Below, one piece after another: positions 60,051-64,000 of a DNA stretch of 64,000 nt. Source of the stretch: Nitrospirota bacterium (GTDB taxonomy: Bacteria; Nitrospirota; UBA9217); the NCBI GenBank assembly GCA_963737155.1, contig CAVTRN010000002.1, forward strand, positions 1,440,001-1,504,000, written 5' to 3'. Position 1 is the stretch's first letter, and each line of letters opens with the position of its first letter. Under the pieces are notes generated by a model. The model did no database searches. It was not told the DNA's origin and saw only the letters and a list, made by a program, of their open reading frames with translations. The position numbers and the translations under genes were made by a program.

Positions 60051-62306
60051 TTATGTCGTCAACCTCCGATAGATTTCCGTTATCTTGTTCGGCAGCTTGG
60101 ATACGTCATCGATCAGGGTATAGTTAACCTCGCCGTACATGTGCGGAAGATAGGATTGAGCCTCCCTGTCTATGGTAATGCAAAAGGGGTGGATGCCCTG
60201 ATGGCGCGCCTCCAAGAGCGCTTTTCTGGTGTCCTCGATGCCGTACTCGCCTTTATAGGCGTCCCAGTCCTCGGGTTTGCCATCGCTCAGGGTGATAAGA
60301 AGTTTTGTTCTCGCTTCGACCGCTTTGAGAATTTTCGCGGAGTGCCGAATAAAAGGCCCCATGCGCGTGTAGTCCTTGGGCTCTATCCCGGCAATGCGCC
60401 GTTTAACGCTATCTGCATAAGGTTCATCAAAGCCTTTCACCCGGTAAAGATCGCACCGGTTCCTCGTCATTCCCGAGAACCCGTACACCGCGTAGCGGTC
60501 TCCGAGCGTCTCAAGCGCTTCGGCCATTAGAACCAAGGACTCCTTCTCTGCTTTGTTTACCCATCCCTTGGTGGATCCACTCATATCGATGAGGAAGAGC
60601 ACCGCGATATTCCGCTCAGACCGGTCGAGTCTGGTAAAGAGATTCTCCGTCGGCGATATGCCTGCGCGCGCGTCTGAGAAAGCTTCAACTACTGCATCAA
60701 TATCGATGTCGTGGCCGTCTTTCTGCCGGCGCTGGTTCTGCGGTTCCTGCTTCAGGTACTCGAACTTCTTGCGGAGAATATTTACATATCCGCCGTACCG
60801 CGTGAGCGTCTGTTCCACAACCGGTTCATGCCCAGGATGAATGATGTGCTCATAGAGGCTGCACCAGTTTTTTTTATAACCTCCCCGTTTGTAGTCCCAT
60901 TCATCGTATTTGATTCCGCTACTTTCTGTCCCTGCAACTTCTTCCTCTTTGATGAGATCAATGAGTTTTGATGGGCTGTAGCCGCTCAACTCGCTCCCCT
61001 TGACCAGTATGCCACCGGGGACGCCTCCGCGCTTCTCGATTACCCGTTTCAGTTCCTCATCCAGTTCTATCAGCCTTCCCTTGATCAGGAGATATTCCTT
61101 CTTCGCATCAGGCATGCTCTTCTGGGTAACAGGATCTGCGGACCGCCAGTCCCGCTGGACGGGATCTGGCAAATCAATCAGCTTCGTAATCATGGCATCG
61201 AGCTTGGTGTGGAACCTCTGCTTCTGCTCGTCGAGCGTACGTGATACCTGTTCCGGATGTATTCTTCCGAAAAATGGAAGGGGCTGTCGCGGCTGATAAT
61301 CACCGGCAAGGCACGTCGCTGCGTTATACAGACGCATTAGGCTTTCAAGGCTATTATCAAGTCCGGTGCCATAAGCTGGGAATTGAAGTATTCCGATGGA
61401 ATTCGTGAATGCTGGGGGAACCACTCCTTTAGACCAAGATCCAAAGAAATGCTGGTAAAGCGCTTCCACGAATGTTTCTTTTTCGGATAAGGCGTCAAGT
61501 GCGGGCCTATTCTTCGACAGGGCAGACAGAACTATGTCAATCTGATTCATGAGTCCGGGAAGCTCTTTTCTGAGGAACTGATTAAGCCTGAACGCCTCTA
61601 TTATCGTATATAGGTCTACGGCCAGATCATGGTCGGGAAATAGAGAAAAAAAGATGTTAATGTCGGGGTGGTCCAGGGGATAGTCCTTAAAACAACGCGT
61701 AAGCACTGTAACATCTACGTCCAGAGTAAGAGTGCCCTGGGATATTTGCGCCCATGCATATGCTGCAGAGAGCTTGTAAACAAGGATATTTTTCGATTGA
61801 TCTCGAAATTGATTCACGACACAAGGGAAAAAAACGGTAGCGGTGTTCGTGTACTGTTCTCGGTCGCAGGAAACCTTGAGATCAATCCCCGACATTCCTC
61901 GCAGGAACGTCCCGAGCATTGCGGCCACTTCGATAAAATGAACTCCTTCCGGGGATATGAATGCTGCGAGCTCTGCATCGTCCGTCTTCCCGAGGAAGGT
62001 TAGAGCGTGGTCGATTCCCTGTGAGTCTAGCAGGTCGAAGGCCGTACTCACCCATTTGTCCAGTTCTTCGAGCGCCAGATACGTTCCGGCTTTTCTGAGG
62101 TGGGAGAGAACTCGGGGTACTAGTGAAGAACTGGCGCTCGAAAGGGCAAGACAGAGGGCGAGCACCTTCTGTTGAGCTGGTTGTTCGAAGGTGTTAATCT
62201 CCCTGAGGACATTCTGGATCTCCTCCTCTTCAAAGAAGTCGAGTCCTAAGTTCCTGACGAGACCCGCGCAGAGATCCCTGGTTTGTTTATCGGAGATGTG
62301 TTTCAT
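60051..62306 (-). CDS. CbbO/NorD-family VWA adaptor protein
   Basis: YDEWDY, DG.DID.DA, MIDAS DMSGST, YTRMG..IRH, LSDGKP.D, YGIEDTR.AL. Confidence 0.92.
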   Translation of the reverse strand: MKHISDKQTRDLCAGLVRNLGLDFFEEEEIQNVLREINTFEQPAQQKVLALCLALSSASSSLVPRVLSHLRKAGTYLALEELDKWVSTAFDLLDSQGIDHALTFLGKTDDAELAAFISPEGVHFIEVAAMLGTFLRGMSGIDLKVSCDREQYTNTATVFFPCVVNQFRDQSKNILVYKLSAAYAWAQISQGTLTLDVDVTVLTRCFKDYPLDHPDINIFFSLFPDHDLAVDLYTIIEAFRLNQFLRKELPGLMNQIDIVLSALSKNRPALDALSEKETFVEALYQHFFGSWSKGVVPPAFTNSIGILQFPAYGTGLDNSLESLMRLYNAATCLAGDYQPRQPLPFFGRIHPEQVSRTLDEQKQRFHTKLDAMITKLIDLPDPVQRDWRSADPVTQKSMPDAKKEYLLIKGRLIELDEELKRVIEKRGGVPGGILVKGSELSGYSPSKLIDLIKEEEVAGTESSGIKYDEWDYKRGGYKKNWCSLYEHIIHPGHEPVVEQTLTRYGGYVNILRKKFEYLKQEPQNQRRQKDGHDIDIDAVVEAFSDARAGISPTENLFTRLDRSERNIAVLFLIDMSGSTKGWVNKAEKESLVLMAEALETLGDRYAVYGFSGMTRNRCDLYRVKGFDEPYADSVKRRIAGIEPKDYTRMGPFIRHSAKILKAVEARTKLLITLSDGKPEDWDAYKGEYGIEDTRKALLEARHQGIHPFCITIDREAQSYLPHMYGEVNYTLIDDVSKLPNKITEIYRRLTT

Positions 62307-62456
62307 CGAATAATAATTTGCCGAGAAAGCATCAAGGCACAGAAAAAATGCCACCGTGAAAATTGCCTTGGATAGGACAGAATGTATGGCCCTGGAACGT
62401 AAAAGACGCAGTATTCCCCTCTGTATTTAAGCATCGAGGCATGCCCCCAGGAAAAA

Positions 62457-63269
62457 TCAATACAGCGAACTAATGATCTCCGCAAGCGACCCTAGCATTT
62501 CATGGTCGTCAGTGAGCGGTTCGGCTACGGCCGCTTCGCAGGCTTTTTGTGGCTCGATACCGGCTGTGATCAGTTTCCCCGCGTGGATCAACAGCCGTGT
62601 GCTTGCCCCCTCGGTCAGCCCTCGGTCCTTGAGATTCCGCGTCTTTTCGGCAAAGCTCACGAGCCGTTTCGCTGTGTCCTCGTCCACATCGGACTCGTGC
62701 ATCACGATTTCAGCTTCAAGTTCCTTGTGGGGATATGTAAACTCCATGGCGAGGAACCGCTGGCGGGTACTCTGTTTCAGGTCCTTAAGCGCGCTCTGGT
62801 AACCTGGATTGTAGGAGATAGCGATCAAAAATTCGGGCGGTGCGTGCAGAACTTCGCTCTTCTTCTCAATAGAGAGAATTCTTCGGTCGTCGGCCAAGGG
62901 ATGGATGACCACGGTTGTATCTTTCCGCGCCTCCACGATTTCGTCGAGGTAGCAGAACCCGCCCGCCTTCACCGCCGTCGTGAGGGGGCCGTCCATCCAG
63001 ACCGTTTCCCCACCGTGTACGAGGTAGCGGCCCACGAGGTCCGAGGCCGTGAGATCGTCGTGACACGAGACAGTTATGAGTGGACGCCTGAGCTTCCAGG
63101 CCATGTGCTGCATGAAACGCGTCTTACCGCAGCCCGTGGGCCCCTTCAGGAGCACGGGGATCTGGTGCCGATACGCCGATTCAAAAAGTGCCACTTCCTT
63201 CCCTACGGGAAGATAAAAGGGCTCTTCCGTGATTAGATATTGCCGGAGTTTTGACTTGATTGTCTTCAT
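62457..63269 (-). CDS. CbbQ/NirQ/NorQ-family MoxR AAA+ ATPase
   Basis: LKGPTGCGKTRF, CHDDLTASDLVGR, YLDEIVEARKDT, SYNPGYQ, STRLL. Confidence 0.95.
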   Translation of the reverse strand: MKTIKSKLRQYLITEEPFYLPVGKEVALFESAYRHQIPVLLKGPTGCGKTRFMQHMAWKLRRPLITVSCHDDLTASDLVGRYLVHGGETVWMDGPLTTAVKAGGFCYLDEIVEARKDTTVVIHPLADDRRILSIEKKSEVLHAPPEFLIAISYNPGYQSALKDLKQSTRQRFLAMEFTYPHKELEAEIVMHESDVDEDTAKRLVSFAEKTRNLKDRGLTEGASTRLLIHAGKLITAGIEPQKACEAAVAEPLTDDHEMLGSLAEIISSLY

Positions 63270-63498
63270 GACATCATTATAACGCAGCAGGAGGGGGGAC
63301 GTAAACTCATAAGAGCAAAGGTGAGATCTGCCGGATAGTGAGGATTGGACGCATCGTTGGCGGAGAGGGGATGCGATTCCAACTAAGAGAAATGGCTTGT
63401 ATGCTTTCCATGTAGCTTCATATAAGATGCGCTCTATGCGCCGTAGGTAACGACCAAGAAAGATTAGGACAGAAAGGAGTATGGTAGCGAAATATAAT

Positions 63499-64000
63499 CC
63501 TAAAAAGAGCAGTTACCCTCAATCAGAGCCACTTATCCACACCATAACGGCAGAAGTTCAGGCGCCTGCAACGGTTTTCCACCCAGCAGTTTGAAAAATG
63601 CACGGCTCAAGATACGTCGCCACCGTTCACCTGGAGTCAACTGCTCCGCAGTTGTTTTCAGGATGGCTAGAAAGCGGGATATCTCATCGAGAATGCGTTG
63701 AACTTTTCCAGAGCTTGCGTGCGCACTCGTGATGGTCATCATGGTCTGCCCTTGATGGCGTGTTTGTTTGCCAACCGCATGCAGAAGAAGTGGACGACTC
63801 GTAATTGCCTCCAAGTGTTTGTCCGGATGAGCAAGCCTCACGAAGAGCGACCACCAGTTGTAAACTAATGCTACGGTCCGCGCCATGAAGCCGCAGCGCT
63901 TAAGGTCCCGGGTCGTATATCCGCCCCACCCCCACTGATTCTTCAACTCGTCAAAAATATTCTCTGCATCCGCACGATCACGGTAGTGTTGGGCGATTGT
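63499..64000 (-). mobile_element. IS1380-like transposase, 3' part (CDS ends 63533; continues beyond the window)
   Basis: Y.DRADAENIFDELKNQWGWGGYTT..L; probable element end AACTGCTCTTTTTAGG at 63499-63514. Confidence 0.8.

Noticed and set aside
60051-63269. Evidence for carbon fixation or denitrification
   Set aside because: The chaperone pair alone does not show this; no Rubisco or Nor structural genes are in the window.

Overview
Chromosomal window from an anaerobic or microaerophilic diderm bacterium. Gene content and order suggest Nitrospirota or Desulfobacterota (inference only). 1-18.4 kb is housekeeping: PTS IID-HPr-EI, a cobD-like gene, alr, mlaE-F-D, galU, lon, thiL, an acyl-CoA ligase/ACP/acyltransferase fusion, a ubiA-family gene and tRNA-Leu(CAG). 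18.4-24.4 kb is a decayed accessory patch with three IS remnants, a PAP2 protein and a NodC/HAS-like GT2. 24.6-35.6 kb holds bamD, a sirC-like gene, trxC, truncated osmC, frameshifted NDH-2, a J-domain/TPR protein and a large CoA-activase. 35.7-56.6 kb is a signalling/transport cluster: two paralogous sensor kinases, a sigma54 activator, tauE-TIGR02186-usp, tatA and a dikinase-like protein with a non-canonical C-terminus. It has been reshaped by an old head-to-tail duplication with reciprocal gene decay. The most striking element lies inside this cluster. Two overlapping genes (47212-50086) each carry an N-terminal MshEN/GspE-N-like domain, and together they encode exactly five (3+2) DUF202/Vtc1-like membrane hairpins. 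Each hairpin begins with six Arg-initiated heptads. This suggests a heterodimeric pseudo-pentameric Arg-lined channel reminiscent of the eukaryotic VTC polyphosphate pore (hypothesis). The window ends with ompA, a frameshifted IS200, a DsrC/TusE homologue lacking the C-terminal cysteines, an orphan cbbQ/norQ-cbbO/norD pair and a partial IS1380-like transposase. Several single-base frameshifts in otherwise intact genes may be sequencing errors. All family assignments come from motif recognition by eye; no searches were run.
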